Positions 38,973-49,571 are shown, numbered from the stretch's first letter. The stretch is DNA of 64,000 nt from Ruminococcus sp. (GCA_017457155.1 JAFTHZ010000004.1:7798-71797); one strand, 5' to 3'. The notes: generated by a model from the letters alone, not told the origin. Translations and numbers: made by a program.

Positions 38973-40877
38973 ATGAAAGAATTTAACGCGAAAAAAATTG
39001 TTCTGATGATAGCTGATGCTCTCATTCTGGCGGCAACAGGATTTCTATCAAATCTGTTGCTTATGTGGATAGACATCGCAAACGATGCCACAGGGGCAAA
39101 GATGCTCCAGCTGGAGTGGTCTTCTATGACACTTGTGGTGGGTATGACAGTCGTGTTCTCCTTTTTTACTCTCTATGTTGCGGGAGCCTATAACTTCTAC
39201 TGGAGGCTTCTGGGAAAGCATGAATATCTTTCCTGCATACTGGGTACCACCGCGGGTATGGCTCTGACGGCTCTGCTCACGTACTACTTTGGCGTTTTGG
39301 ACAGCGGCAAGCCCTGGGTTTTGCTGTCAATGCAGTATGTGCTGTCGCTGGTTGCTATGTGCGGATTCAGGGATTTTGCAAAGCATACGGTTGTGAAGCT
39401 TACCGAGGTGGGTCGCTCTGAGAACTATGAGCGTACCCTGATAGTAGGCGCGGGTCGTGCAGCACATATGATTCTTGTGGATATTGAAAATGCAAAGAAG
39501 GATCCCAACAATCCCTCTCGTAATATCTTGCCTGTGGGACTTGTGGATGATGACAGAACAAAGTACGGAACCAAGCTACTGGGAGTGCCCGTGCTGGGCA
39601 ACACCGATGATATTCCCGAACTTTGCAAGAAGAATGGAGTATCACTTATTGTTTTTGCGATTCCCTCATGCACCGAGGATGAGCGCCAGCGCATACTCTC
39701 TCTGTGCTCCAAGACCGAGTGCAAAATCAAGATGTTGCCTTATCTGAGTCAGTTACTCTTTGATGATAACAAACCTCAGCTTCTCAATCAGGTGAAGGAT
39801 ATCCAGATTGAGGACCTGCTGGGCAGAGACCCCATAACCTTTGACAAGCAAAAGACACAGGATTTTATCAAGGATAAGGTTCTGATGGTTACAGGTGGCG
39901 GCGGTTCTATCGGCAGCGAGCTTGTGAGACAGATAGCAAAGTATTCTCCCAAAAAGATCATCATCATTGATATTTATGAGAATAACGCATACGATATACA
40001 ACAGGAACTTCTTCTTGAGAGCGATGTACATCTGGATGTTGTGACGCTGATTGCATCTGTCAGAGATTATGACAAGATGGACAGGATATTCGATCAATAC
40101 CGTCCCGATGTGGTGTTCCACGCAGCAGCCCACAAGCACGTTCCACTTATGGAGACCAGCCCTGAAGAAGCGGTAAAGAACAATATTTTCGGCACCTTTA
40201 ATATTGCAACATTGGCAGAAAAGTACGATGTCAGCAAGTTTATTATGATATCCACGGACAAGGCGGTAAATCCCACCAACGTTATGGGTGCAACCAAGAG
40301 ATGCTGTGAGATGATAGTCCAGTACAAGGCACAGCACTCAAGCAAAACCGAGTTCGTTACCACCAGATTCGGAAATGTTCTGGGATCTAACGGCTCTGTT
40401 ATTCCCTTGTTCAGAAGACAGATCGAGAACGGAAAACCCGTTACAGTGACTCACCCTGATATCATCAGGTATTTTATGACTATTCCCGAGGCTGTGTCCC
40501 TTGTTCTTCAGGCAGGAGCTATGGCTAACGGCGGAGAGATATTTGTTCTTGATATGGGTGATCCCGTCAAGATCACAACCCTGGCAGAAAACCTCATCAG
40601 AATGTACGGCAAGGTTCCCTACAAGGATGTTGAGATTCGGTTTACGGGCCTGCGGCCCGGCGAGAAGCTTTTTGAGGAGCTTCTTATGAACGAAGAAGGC
40701 CTCAAATCCACCGAGAACAAGAAGATTTTTATTGGTAACCAGATACCCATTGACGAGGATGACCTGCTGAAGAAGCTGGAGGTTCTCAGGACCTATGCAG
40801 AGAATAACGACAGTGACAAGACCGTCGAGATGCTCAGCGAGATTGTACCTACCTTTAAGCATAAGACTAACGCTTAA
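38973..40877 (+). CDS. Membrane-bound UDP-GlcNAc 4,6-dehydratase (CapD/PglF family)
   Basis: Four N-terminal TMs, GAG, IEDLLGR, TGGGGSIGSEL, HAAAHKHVP, STDKAVNPTNVMGATK, RFGNVLGS, GLRPGEKL. Confidence 0.94.
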   Translation: MKEFNAKKIVLMIADALILAATGFLSNLLLMWIDIANDATGAKMLQLEWSSMTLVVGMTVVFSFFTLYVAGAYNFYWRLLGKHEYLSCILGTTAGMALTALLTYYFGVLDSGKPWVLLSMQYVLSLVAMCGFRDFAKHTVVKLTEVGRSENYERTLIVGAGRAAHMILVDIENAKKDPNNPSRNILPVGLVDDDRTKYGTKLLGVPVLGNTDDIPELCKKNGVSLIVFAIPSCTEDERQRILSLCSKTECKIKMLPYLSQLLFDDNKPQLLNQVKDIQIEDLLGRDPITFDKQKTQDFIKDKVLMVTGGGGSIGSELVRQIAKYSPKKIIIIDIYENNAYDIQQELLLESDVHLDVVTLIASVRDYDKMDRIFDQYRPDVVFHAAAHKHVPLMETSPEEAVKNNIFGTFNIATLAEKYDVSKFIMISTDKAVNPTNVMGATKRCCEMIVQYKAQHSSKTEFVTTRFGNVLGSNGSVIPLFRRQIENGKPVTVTHPDIIRYFMTIPEAVSLVLQAGAMANGGEIFVLDMGDPVKITTLAENLIRMYGKVPYKDVEIRFTGLRPGEKLFEELLMNEEGLKSTENKKIFIGNQIPIDEDDLLKKLEVLRTYAENNDSDKTVEMLSEIVPTFKHKTNA

Positions 40878-40953
40878 ACTATGTTTTTATCCGTCTGCGG
40901 ATGATGTTTTTATCTGCGGAGTTTGATCTATATTTATTTAAAGGAGCATTTTT

Positions 40954-42780
40954 ATGTGCGGAATTGTTGGCTATGTTGGAGCAAAAGATTGCAGCGAGGT
41001 GCTGGTTTCAGCACTGAGAAAGCTGGAGTATCGAGGATACGACTCAGCGGGAATTGCAGTTTTTGAGAATGATAAAATCCGTATAGCAAAGGAGAAAGGA
41101 AGACTGGATGACCTGCAGAAGAGGATGGACGCCGAGGGCGTTCCCTGCGGTCATATCGGAGTTGGTCACACACGCTGGGCGACCCACGGTGTTCCCTCTG
41201 CAGTTAACTCGCATCCTCATCGTGGAGGAAAGAACGTTACACTGGTACATAACGGAATCATTGAAAATTACAAGGAGCTTAAAGAGACTCTGAAGGATCT
41301 GGGCAGAACTTTTGTCAGCGAAACTGACACAGAGGTTGTTGCTCAGCTGATGGACTTCAACTACATGGGCGATCCTGTGCAGGCTATTGCAAGGACCCTC
41401 TCTGTGGTAGAAGGTTCCTTTGCGCTGGGAATTCTTTTTGCAGACAGACCCGGAGAGCTCTATGCTGTCAGAAGAGAGAGTCCTCTCATTGTAGGAGTTG
41501 CTGAGGGCGAGAGTTTCATCGCATCCGATGTTCCTGCAATCATCAAGTACACAACACAGTACTATCTTCTGGAGCATGACGAGATTGCAAAGCTCACCTT
41601 TGATGGTGTCAGCTTCTGTGATCTTGAGGGAAACAGCATCGAGAAAGAGCTGAAGGTAGCCGACTGGGATCAGGAGGCAGCAGAGAAGGGCGGATACGAG
41701 CACTACATGCTCAAGGAAATTCACGAGCAGCCCACTGCAGTCAAGACCACAATCACTCCCAGAATATCCGACGGAGTCCCCAACCTTGAGGAGTGCTCAA
41801 TCACTCCTGAGAGACTGAGTGACATTAACCAGATCTATATAGTTGCCTGCGGTACCGCCATGCATGCGGGAATGATAGGAAAGTACGTTATCGAGAAGTT
41901 GTGCAAGGTTCCCGTTATTGTGGATATTGCTTCCGAGTTCCGTTATCGTGATCCTCTCATCAAAGAGGGGGATCTGGTCGTTATTATCTCTCAGTCAGGC
42001 GAGACCGCAGACAGCCTGGCAGCTATGAGACTTGCAAAGAAGATGGGCGCACAGACTCTGGCTATTGTCAATGCAAAGGGCAGCTCTATCGCCCGTGAAG
42101 CAGATATGCTAATATATACTCACGCAGGTCCCGAGATTGCAGTTGCTTCTACAAAGGCATACATGGTGCAGATTTCTGTTATGTATCTGCTGGCTTTTGA
42201 GATGGCATACTCAAAGGGACTGATTTCTGAGGAGGAGTGTCGCAGACTCACCTCGGAACTGGTTGGAACATCAGACAAAATCGAGATGACCATCGGACTG
42301 GTTGAGCCTGCCTGCAAGGTGTTTGCACAGGAACTCACAGAGGCAGAGAATCTGCTGTATATTGGCAGAGGTCTTGACTATGCCCTGTCTATGGAGGGTT
42401 CTCTGAAGCTGAAGGAAATCTCATATATTCACTCAGAGGCTTATGCTGCAGGCGAGCTTAAGCACGGCACTATCTCCCTCATAACAGAGGGGATGCCCGT
42501 TATCGCTGTTGCTACCCAGAACAGCCTTCTGGATAAGACAATCAGCAACATCAAGGAGGTCAAGGCAAGAGGTGCAAAGGTACTTATTGTGTGTGACGAT
42601 GAGGCTCAGATCAGCGACGATGTAGCAGATGCTGTTATCCGTGTGCCCAAGATCGAGGAGTGCCTCATGCCCATGCTTGCTGCAGTTCCTCTCCAGCTTC
42701 TGGCATATTACGCATCTGTTCTCAGAGGTAACGACGTTGATAAGCCCAGAAACCTTGCCAAGTCTGTTACTGTAGAGTAA
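40954..42780 (+). CDS. glmS: Glutamine--fructose-6-phosphate aminotransferase
   Basis: MCGIVG, EYRGYDSAG, GHTRWATHG, SQSGETAD, DKPRNLAKSVTVE. Confidence 0.98.
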   Translation: MCGIVGYVGAKDCSEVLVSALRKLEYRGYDSAGIAVFENDKIRIAKEKGRLDDLQKRMDAEGVPCGHIGVGHTRWATHGVPSAVNSHPHRGGKNVTLVHNGIIENYKELKETLKDLGRTFVSETDTEVVAQLMDFNYMGDPVQAIARTLSVVEGSFALGILFADRPGELYAVRRESPLIVGVAEGESFIASDVPAIIKYTTQYYLLEHDEIAKLTFDGVSFCDLEGNSIEKELKVADWDQEAAEKGGYEHYMLKEIHEQPTAVKTTITPRISDGVPNLEECSITPERLSDINQIYIVACGTAMHAGMIGKYVIEKLCKVPVIVDIASEFRYRDPLIKEGDLVVIISQSGETADSLAAMRLAKKMGAQTLAIVNAKGSSIAREADMLIYTHAGPEIAVASTKAYMVQISVMYLLAFEMAYSKGLISEEECRRLTSELVGTSDKIEMTIGLVEPACKVFAQELTEAENLLYIGRGLDYALSMEGSLKLKEISYIHSEAYAAGELKHGTISLITEGMPVIAVATQNSLLDKTISNIKEVKARGAKVLIVCDDEAQISDDVADAVIRVPKIEECLMPMLAAVPLQLLAYYASVLRGNDVDKPRNLAKSVTVE

Positions 42781-42791
42781 TTCTGAAACAT

Positions 42792-42822
42792 CTCCGCCTG
42801 CGGTCTCCGTCGGCGGAGTTTT
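42792..42822 (+). terminator. Probable terminator after glmS
   Basis: CTCCGCC...GGCGGAG hairpin followed by TTTT. Confidence 0.6.
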
Positions 42823-42893
42823 GTGTTTTCTTTTTGATTAACACAGAAAATACAGGTGTATGAAAAATACTGAAAAAAACAAGAAAGGAGGCG

Positions 42894-44582
42894 GTGGATT
42901 TGACTCAATTTCTGGCAGATGTTGCAGTTGTGGGACTGAGAATACTGATGGCATTTTTTGCTGTGTTCATCATCTACGAGTGCTTTGCATCCATGCGCAG
43001 ACAGCGTCGTCACGAAACCCCTCTTGTAATGCTGTATAACGAAACCGCAAGAACAAAGATTCCTGTTCTCTGCTGGGAGAATGCGGTGGGGCGCAGCAGA
43101 GGAAACGATATTGTCATCAAGGACCCTACCGTGTCCCGCAGCCACTTTGTGCTTTTGCGCAGAGAAGAGGGATGGTTTGTGTCTGATTCGGACTCCAAGG
43201 CGGGCACCTATGTCAACGGAAAAAAAGCCTCCTTCAGGACTCCTGTGTATATAGACGACAAGATTCAGGTAGGACACACCACCCTCCAGCTTCGCAGAGG
43301 TGAGGAGTTTACCGAGCAGGTCCGTCACAACTGGTTTTTCTCCAAGGCATCGGGCAGACCCAGCGTGTCTTCGCCCTGGCTTGTTTTTCTTGTCAATCTG
43401 TTCCATCTTTTTATGGCGGTGGAGATTTGCATAACCTTCGGAGAACTGAGGGTCGGTGCCTTTGAGATATGGGGTGCCATGACAGCCTTCTCGTGGCTGC
43501 TATATGCGGTTTCGGCGGGAGGCTTCGGCAGGTCGAATTTTGAGATCGAGGCCATAGCTCTGTTTCTGACGGGGCTGGGAGCCTTGCTGCTTGTGGAGCA
43601 GAATATGCGGGACGCATGGATACAGGTTGCGGCGGCGGTTGCAGGCTCTGTGATTTATATGATTATCCTTGCGTTTATCAGGAATCCCGATCGAATAATA
43701 CGCTGGCGCATGGTGATAATGCTCCTGTCGCTGGGATTTCTGCTTATCAACCTTATCTTCGGTGTTGCGGAGCTGGGAGCCACAAACAGAATCTATGTGG
43801 CAGGTATTTCCATACAGCCCTCGGAACTTGTAAAGATAGCCTATATCTTTGTTGGAGCTTCGGCTCTTGATCATCTGCAGACCAAAAGAAATCTCTTTGA
43901 GTTTGTTGTGTTCTCGGCGCTTTGTGTAGGTGCACTGGCACTGATGAGCGACTTCGGTACAGCGCTCATATTCTTTGTGACATTTCTGATTATTTCCATC
44001 ACCCGTTCGGGAGACTACAAGACTGTTATCCTGGCAGTTGCAGCGGTGATTTTCGCAGGAATACTGGTGCTCCAGTTCAAGCCCTATATAGCCGACCGAT
44101 TTGCAATATGGGGACATGCTCTGGAGGATCCGTCCAATGCGGGTTTCCAGCAGGCAAGAGTTCTCACCAATATTGCAGCAGGCGGATTCTTCGGCACAGG
44201 TGTAGGCGGCGGAGTGCTCAAGTGCTACGGCGCATCTGAGACGGATCTGGTGTTCGGAATCGTTTCGGAGGAGATGGGTCTTGTGGTGGCGCTGACCATC
44301 GCCATGACCATCTTCGGATTTGTTATCAACTCCCGTGCCACAGCATCCAGAAGCCGCAGTACCTTCTACTCGATTTCTGCTATCTGTGCTGCGTGTATGA
44401 TGCTTACCCAGACAGCACTTAATATCTTTGGATGTACCGATATCCTGCCGCTGACAGGTGTTACTCTGCCCTTTATCAGCGCAGGCGGTTCCAGTATGCT
44501 GTCCTGCTGGGGTCTGATTGCTTTTATCAAGGCTGCAGACGAGAGAACATACTCTGTGGGCAGACTCAATGGAGAAGAGTAA
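42894..44582 (+). CDS. FHA domain-FtsW/RodA (SEDS) fusion protein
   Basis: FHA: GRS..NDI..VSRSH..DSDSKAGTYVNG; SEDS: SIQPSELVK, DFGTA, SETDLVF, LPLTGVTLPFISAGGSS. Confidence 0.9.
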   Translation: MDLTQFLADVAVVGLRILMAFFAVFIIYECFASMRRQRRHETPLVMLYNETARTKIPVLCWENAVGRSRGNDIVIKDPTVSRSHFVLLRREEGWFVSDSDSKAGTYVNGKKASFRTPVYIDDKIQVGHTTLQLRRGEEFTEQVRHNWFFSKASGRPSVSSPWLVFLVNLFHLFMAVEICITFGELRVGAFEIWGAMTAFSWLLYAVSAGGFGRSNFEIEAIALFLTGLGALLLVEQNMRDAWIQVAAAVAGSVIYMIILAFIRNPDRIIRWRMVIMLLSLGFLLINLIFGVAELGATNRIYVAGISIQPSELVKIAYIFVGASALDHLQTKRNLFEFVVFSALCVGALALMSDFGTALIFFVTFLIISITRSGDYKTVILAVAAVIFAGILVLQFKPYIADRFAIWGHALEDPSNAGFQQARVLTNIAAGGFFGTGVGGGVLKCYGASETDLVFGIVSEEMGLVVALTIAMTIFGFVINSRATASRSRSTFYSISAICAACMMLTQTALNIFGCTDILPLTGVTLPFISAGGSSMLSCWGLIAFIKAADERTYSVGRLNGEE

Positions 44583-44648
44583 TCGGTTGAAGAACAGCTT
44601 ATTTGCAGGACACTCTGTTCTGTAATAATATGAAAAAAGGTTTTGACT

Positions 44649-45992
44649 ATGAAGAAAACTATGTCACGAAGCATAGCCGCATTTATACTGGCTCTGGCGT
44701 TTCTTGCAGGGCTTGGATATCTGTGCTTTCGCTTCTTTACTGAAAATGACCTGTGGGCAAGCCAGACCTATAACCTGTATCTTTCTACAGGTGGAGGCCT
44801 GACCAATGCAGGCACAATATATGACAGGAACGGCGAGGTGCTGGCAGAGTCGGACGACGGTGAGCGGTTCTATCATGAGGATATGAGCATCCGACTGGGA
44901 ACTCTCCACACTGTGGGAGATGATTCCTATAACATCTCCACCGCGGTGCAGACACGATTTCGCTCACAGCTGGTGGGTCACAGCCTTGTGTTTGGCTACG
45001 GACTTCCTGACAGTCTCACCGCTCTGAACAAAATGACAGTAACCCTGGACGCGGATGCCTGCGGAAAGGTTTACGATGCCTTTGGGGGCAAGGAGGGCGC
45101 CTGCTTTGTGTATAACTATAAGACGGGTGAAATACTGTGTATGGTCAGTACCCCTGCCTTTGACCCTCAGAACGTACCCGAAACCCTGCCTGACGGCTCA
45201 TACCTTAACAACTGTGTATCGGGCACATACACTCCCGGCTCCGTCTACAAGATTGTGACCGCCATCGCAGCCTTGGAGTATATCGATGATATTGAGAATA
45301 TGACCTTCACCTGTGAGGGAGAGAAGGATTTCGGCGGAAATGTGGTTACCTGTATGGATACTCACGGAGAGCTGAGTCTGGACGATGCCTTCTCCTACTC
45401 CTGCAATATTGCCTTTGCAGATATGGCTACCCTTGTGGGTGCTGACAAAATGCAGAAGGTGGCAGACAGACTGGGTGTTACCGAGAGTTTTGACATCAAC
45501 GGAGTGGACAGCGCCAAGGGTCACTATGACGTGTCCGATGCGGATGCAAACCAGCTTGCATGGTCGGGTGTAGGTCAGTATACAAATATGACCAATCCTG
45601 CCCAGATGGCTATACTCTGTGGTGCAATTGCAAACGGCGGAGATGCAGCCTTGCCTGTGTATATGGAGGGCGCTGAGGCAGCCGAGACCCACAGCCTGCT
45701 TGACGAGGATATCGCCGAGCGTATGAACGAGATTATGCGCTACACAGTATCAGGCCACTATGGTGAGACAATGTTTGGCGGACTCACTGTGGGCGCCAAG
45801 ACAGGCACTGCCGAGGTGGGAGATGACATTGAACCCAACGCATGGATGGTGGGTTACAGCACAGATGAGGACTATCCCCTTGCCTTTGCAGTTGTTGTGG
45901 AGGAAGGCGGATTCGGCTTCTACAGCGCAGGCCCCATTGCCAGAATCGCTATGATAGAAAGCGCAGAGGCGCTGGGATTTGAAGCAGAATAA
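44649..45992 (+). CDS. Class B penicillin-binding transpeptidase (PbpA-like)
   Basis: N-terminal TM, GTIYDRNG, PGSVYK (SxxK), YSCN (SxN), KTGT. Confidence 0.9.
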   Translation: MKKTMSRSIAAFILALAFLAGLGYLCFRFFTENDLWASQTYNLYLSTGGGLTNAGTIYDRNGEVLAESDDGERFYHEDMSIRLGTLHTVGDDSYNISTAVQTRFRSQLVGHSLVFGYGLPDSLTALNKMTVTLDADACGKVYDAFGGKEGACFVYNYKTGEILCMVSTPAFDPQNVPETLPDGSYLNNCVSGTYTPGSVYKIVTAIAALEYIDDIENMTFTCEGEKDFGGNVVTCMDTHGELSLDDAFSYSCNIAFADMATLVGADKMQKVADRLGVTESFDINGVDSAKGHYDVSDADANQLAWSGVGQYTNMTNPAQMAILCGAIANGGDAALPVYMEGAEAAETHSLLDEDIAERMNEIMRYTVSGHYGETMFGGLTVGAKTGTAEVGDDIEPNAWMVGYSTDEDYPLAFAVVVEEGGFGFYSAGPIARIAMIESAEALGFEAE

Positions 45993-46008
45993 ACTCTGAT
46001 AAAGACAA

Positions 46009-46041
46009 CGGAGAGCGTACAGTAATGTCCGCTCTCCTTTT
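46009..46041 (+). terminator. Probable terminator after the PBP gene
   Basis: GGAGAGCG...CGCTCTCC hairpin followed by TTTT. Confidence 0.65.
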
Positions 46042-46187
46042 GTTTCCTGTTTGTAAATTTTGAGGAGATTCGTGGCTATTTGCAAAATACACTTTATTTT
46101 TCGGCTCAGGTGTGGTATTATATATTAAATATAAATTAAATTATAATGGGAATTTATGTGATAATCATAGATTGAAAGGAAGATATT

Positions 46188-49052
46188 ATGGGATTACTGA
46201 AAACACTCTTTGGTAATTACAGCAAAAAAGAGATAAAGAGAATCAATCCTCTGTGCGAGAAAACCCTTGCGCTGGAGGAGACATACAGCGCCATGACCGA
46301 CGCACAGCTTAAGGAGCAGACCACAATACTCAAGGGAAGACTCGCTGCAGGAGAGACCACCGACGATATCCTGCCCGAGGCCTTTGCTGTTTGCCGAGAG
46401 GCAAGCTGGCGTGTGCTGGGTATGAAGCATTTCCCCGTACAGATTTTGGGTGGTATCATTCTCCATCAGGGCCGAATCGCTGAGATGAAGACAGGTGAAG
46501 GTAAGACTCTGGTTGCAACTCTGCCTGCGTACCTTAACGGACTCACAGGCAAGGGTGTACATATCGTTACTGTTAATGACTATCTGGCACGCCGTGACTC
46601 CGAGTGGATGGGCAAGCTGTACCGATTCCTGGGACTTACCGTGGGACTTATCGTTCACGATATGACTCCTGACGAGAAGAAGATCGCCTACAATGCAGAT
46701 ATTACCTATGCTACCAACAACGAGCTGGGATTTGACTACCTTCGTGACAACATGGTAGTGTACAAGGAAAACAGAGTTCAGCGCGGTCACGTGTTTGCCA
46801 TTGTGGATGAGGTTGACTCAATCCTCATTGACGAGGCAAGAACTCCTCTGATTATCTCCGGCAAGGGCGACAAGTCCACCGATATGTATCAGAAGGCGGA
46901 TTCCTTTGCCAGAAGACTGAAGAAGCACGTGTTCACCGAGGTGGACAGCAAAGAAAACATGGATGACTTCTTTGAGGAGAACTCCATCGACTATATTATC
47001 GACGAGAAGGCACGCTCTGCCACACTAACCCAGCTGGGTGTCAAGAAGGCCGAGGAGTACTTCTCCGTTGAGTGTCTCACAGACCCCGAGAACCTTGGTA
47101 TTCAGCACCATATCAATCAGGCTATCAAGGCTCACGGTATAATGCATCTGGACATTGATTACGTAAATAAGGACGGCGAGATCGTCATTGTTGATGAATT
47201 TACAGGCCGTCTTATGTACGGCAGACGCTTCAACGAGGGTCTGCATCAGGCTATCGAAGCAAAGGAAGGCGTGAAGATTCAGAACGAAAGCAAGACTCTG
47301 GCTTCTATTACCTTCCAGAACTACTTCCGTTTGTATAAAAAACTGTCAGGTATGACAGGTACTGCCCTCACAGAGGAGGAGGAGTTCCGCAAGATTTACA
47401 CTTTGGATGTTGTTGAAATTCCTACTAACAGACCTCTCGCCCGTGTGGACAGAAACGACCTTATCTTTGCCACAGAGAAAGCAAAGTATGAGGCAGTCAT
47501 CGAGGCTATCATCGAGTGCCACAAGAAGGGCCAGCCTGTGCTGGTGGGTACCATCTCCATCGAGAAGTCCGAGGTCCTCTCAAAAATGCTGAAAAAACGC
47601 GGAGTTGAGCACAACGTCCTCAATGCAAAACAGCACGAGAAAGAAGCCGAGATCGTTGCTCAGGCAGGTAAGTTCGGCGCAGTTACCATCGCTACAAATA
47701 TGGCGGGACGAGGCACCGATATTATTCTGGGCGGTAATGCAGAGTTTATGGCAAAAGCAAAGATGCGTAAGCAGGGCTTTGATGATGAGCTGATTGCTGA
47801 GGCAACAGGCTTTGCAGAGACCGATGATCAGGAGATTCTGGAGGCAAGAGAGACCTTCTCTGAGCTTCATGCACAGTACAAAGAAGAGCTCAAGGATGAG
47901 GTTACCAAGGTGCGTGAGGCAGGCGGTCTGTTTATTATCGGCACAGAGCGTCACGAGTCACGTCGAATCGACAACCAGCTGAGAGGTCGTTCAGGCCGTC
48001 AGGGAGACCCCGGCGTGAGTCAGTTCTATCTCTCAACAGAGGATGATCTGATGCGTATCTTCGGCGGAGACCGTATGAAGATGATCATGGACAGACTCAA
48101 TCCCGACGAGTCTGCACCCATCGAAAACAAGATGCTCTCTAATATGATTGAGACCTCACAGCAGAGAGTCGAGCAGCGTAACTTCGGTATCCGAGAGAAT
48201 GTCCTGAAGTATGACGATGTTATGAATAAGCAGAGAGAGATTGTATATACACAGCGTAATCAGGTGCTGGATGGTGAGGATATTCATGACAAGGTTATGA
48301 CCATGATGAACCAGACCATCGCTGACAACGTAGCACTCTATATGCCCGGTACATCAGATACATGGAACTTGGCAAGTCTCAGAGAATACTACAACGGCTG
48401 GCTTGCAGACAGCAAATGTCCCCTCACATTCAGCGAGGATGAGCTGAAGAGCCTCACCGCTCAGGATGTGACCGAGATGCTCCAGAGCCGTGCTAATGAG
48501 CTGTATAAAGAGTACGAGGAGCTTGTAAGCTCAGAGACTATGAGAGAGATCGAGCGAGTATATCTGCTGCGCTCTGTTGATACCTACTGGATGGAGCATA
48601 TCGACGCTATGGAAGACCTGAAGCAGGGTATCCGTATGCGTGCATATGCACAGCATGATCCTGTTGTTGAGTACACCCACGAGGGCTTTGAGATGTTCGA
48701 CCAGATGAACGAGTCCATCAAGCAGGACACCGTCAAGCTGATGCTTACCGTACCCAGACGTGTGTACGAAATTCAGAAGAGACAGCAGGAGGAGGAGAGA
48801 CTCCGCCGTGAGGCTGAGAAGGCCGCCGCTGCTGCACATCAGGTGATTCTCAACAAGGAACAGGCACCCAAGGTCAACCCTGTCACCTTCGCCGTAAAGC
48901 GCGAGCAGATTGCAAAGCCCATCGAGTTCTCAGGAGACGGAACAATGTCCACCAACAGAACTGTCGTCAAGAAGAAAAAGGTAGGCAGAAACGACCCCTG
49001 TCCCTGCGGCTCAGGCAAGAAGTACAAGAAGTGCTGCGGAATGGACGAGTGA
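46188..49052 (+). CDS. secA: Preprotein translocase ATPase SecA
   Basis: [47 protein letters not shown]-terminal [18 protein letters not shown]. Confidence 0.98.
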   Translation: MGLLKTLFGNYSKKEIKRINPLCEKTLALEETYSAMTDAQLKEQTTILKGRLAAGETTDDILPEAFAVCREASWRVLGMKHFPVQILGGIILHQGRIAEMKTGEGKTLVATLPAYLNGLTGKGVHIVTVNDYLARRDSEWMGKLYRFLGLTVGLIVHDMTPDEKKIAYNADITYATNNELGFDYLRDNMVVYKENRVQRGHVFAIVDEVDSILIDEARTPLIISGKGDKSTDMYQKADSFARRLKKHVFTEVDSKENMDDFFEENSIDYIIDEKARSATLTQLGVKKAEEYFSVECLTDPENLGIQHHINQAIKAHGIMHLDIDYVNKDGEIVIVDEFTGRLMYGRRFNEGLHQAIEAKEGVKIQNESKTLASITFQNYFRLYKKLSGMTGTALTEEEEFRKIYTLDVVEIPTNRPLARVDRNDLIFATEKAKYEAVIEAIIECHKKGQPVLVGTISIEKSEVLSKMLKKRGVEHNVLNAKQHEKEAEIVAQAGKFGAVTIATNMAGRGTDIILGGNAEFMAKAKMRKQGFDDELIAEATGFAETDDQEILEARETFSELHAQYKEELKDEVTKVREAGGLFIIGTERHESRRIDNQLRGRSGRQGDPGVSQFYLSTEDDLMRIFGGDRMKMIMDRLNPDESAPIENKMLSNMIETSQQRVEQRNFGIRENVLKYDDVMNKQREIVYTQRNQVLDGEDIHDKVMTMMNQTIADNVALYMPGTSDTWNLASLREYYNGWLADSKCPLTFSEDELKSLTAQDVTEMLQSRANELYKEYEELVSSETMREIERVYLLRSVDTYWMEHIDAMEDLKQGIRMRAYAQHDPVVEYTHEGFEMFDQMNESIKQDTVKLMLTVPRRVYEIQKRQQEEERLRREAEKAAAAAHQVILNKEQAPKVNPVTFAVKREQIAKPIEFSGDGTMSTNRTVVKKKKVGRNDPCPCGSGKKYKKCCGMDE

Positions 49053-49115
49053 TTTTTGTCACTTTTCTTTGCTTCGGTCAGACAGATTGAAGAATAAGTA
49101 AATATTTATTAAAAC

Positions 49116-49150
49116 AAAGGACTGAGTTTTTATGAGCTCAGTCCTTTTTT
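49116..49150. terminator. Bidirectional terminator between secA and the XRE regulator
   Basis: AAAGGACTGAG...CTCAGTCCTTT followed by a T-run. Confidence 0.8.
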
Positions 49151-49159
49151 ATATTTAAC

Positions 49160-49474
49160 TTACATTTGTTTTTTGTGTTTTAGAAAGTTTATATAGTTTT
49201 CAATTTCAATAAAATCTTCGTTGTTAAAATTGTGTGGGAGACAGATGATTCTGTGCTCTCGGTCATAGGATACAGGGTCATCAATAAGCCCCAAAAGGTA
49301 ATCAACGGAAACATTAAACAGTTTTGCTATTATAATTTTTGATTTATCGTCAGGGTCCGAGCGGTTACACTCGTATGAGGAGATGGTGTAATGAGATACT
49401 CCTAAGATACCTGCTAATTCCTCCTGAGACATACCATAGTCTTTCCTCAATTCCTGCAGTCGCTCTCCTATCAT
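49160..49474 (-). CDS. XRE-family helix-turn-helix regulator
   Basis: RLQELR..MSQEELA..LGVS..TIS.YE...P....IAKLFNVSVDYLLG. Confidence 0.9.
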   Translation of the reverse strand: MIGERLQELRKDYGMSQEELAGILGVSHYTISSYECNRSDPDDKSKIIIAKLFNVSVDYLLGLIDDPVSYDREHRIICLPHNFNNEDFIEIENYINFLKHKKQM

Positions 49475-49571
49475 AAAATCACATCCTGTTTCTGGTTTCG
49501 GAAATTCTTATTTTTATTATAGGAATTTTGCGAATGAGAATGCAAAAATATGGGAAATATTAGAATGTTCG

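Noticed and set aside
40878-40953. glmS ribozyme
   Set aside because: The spacer is only 76 nt and lacks the conserved core.
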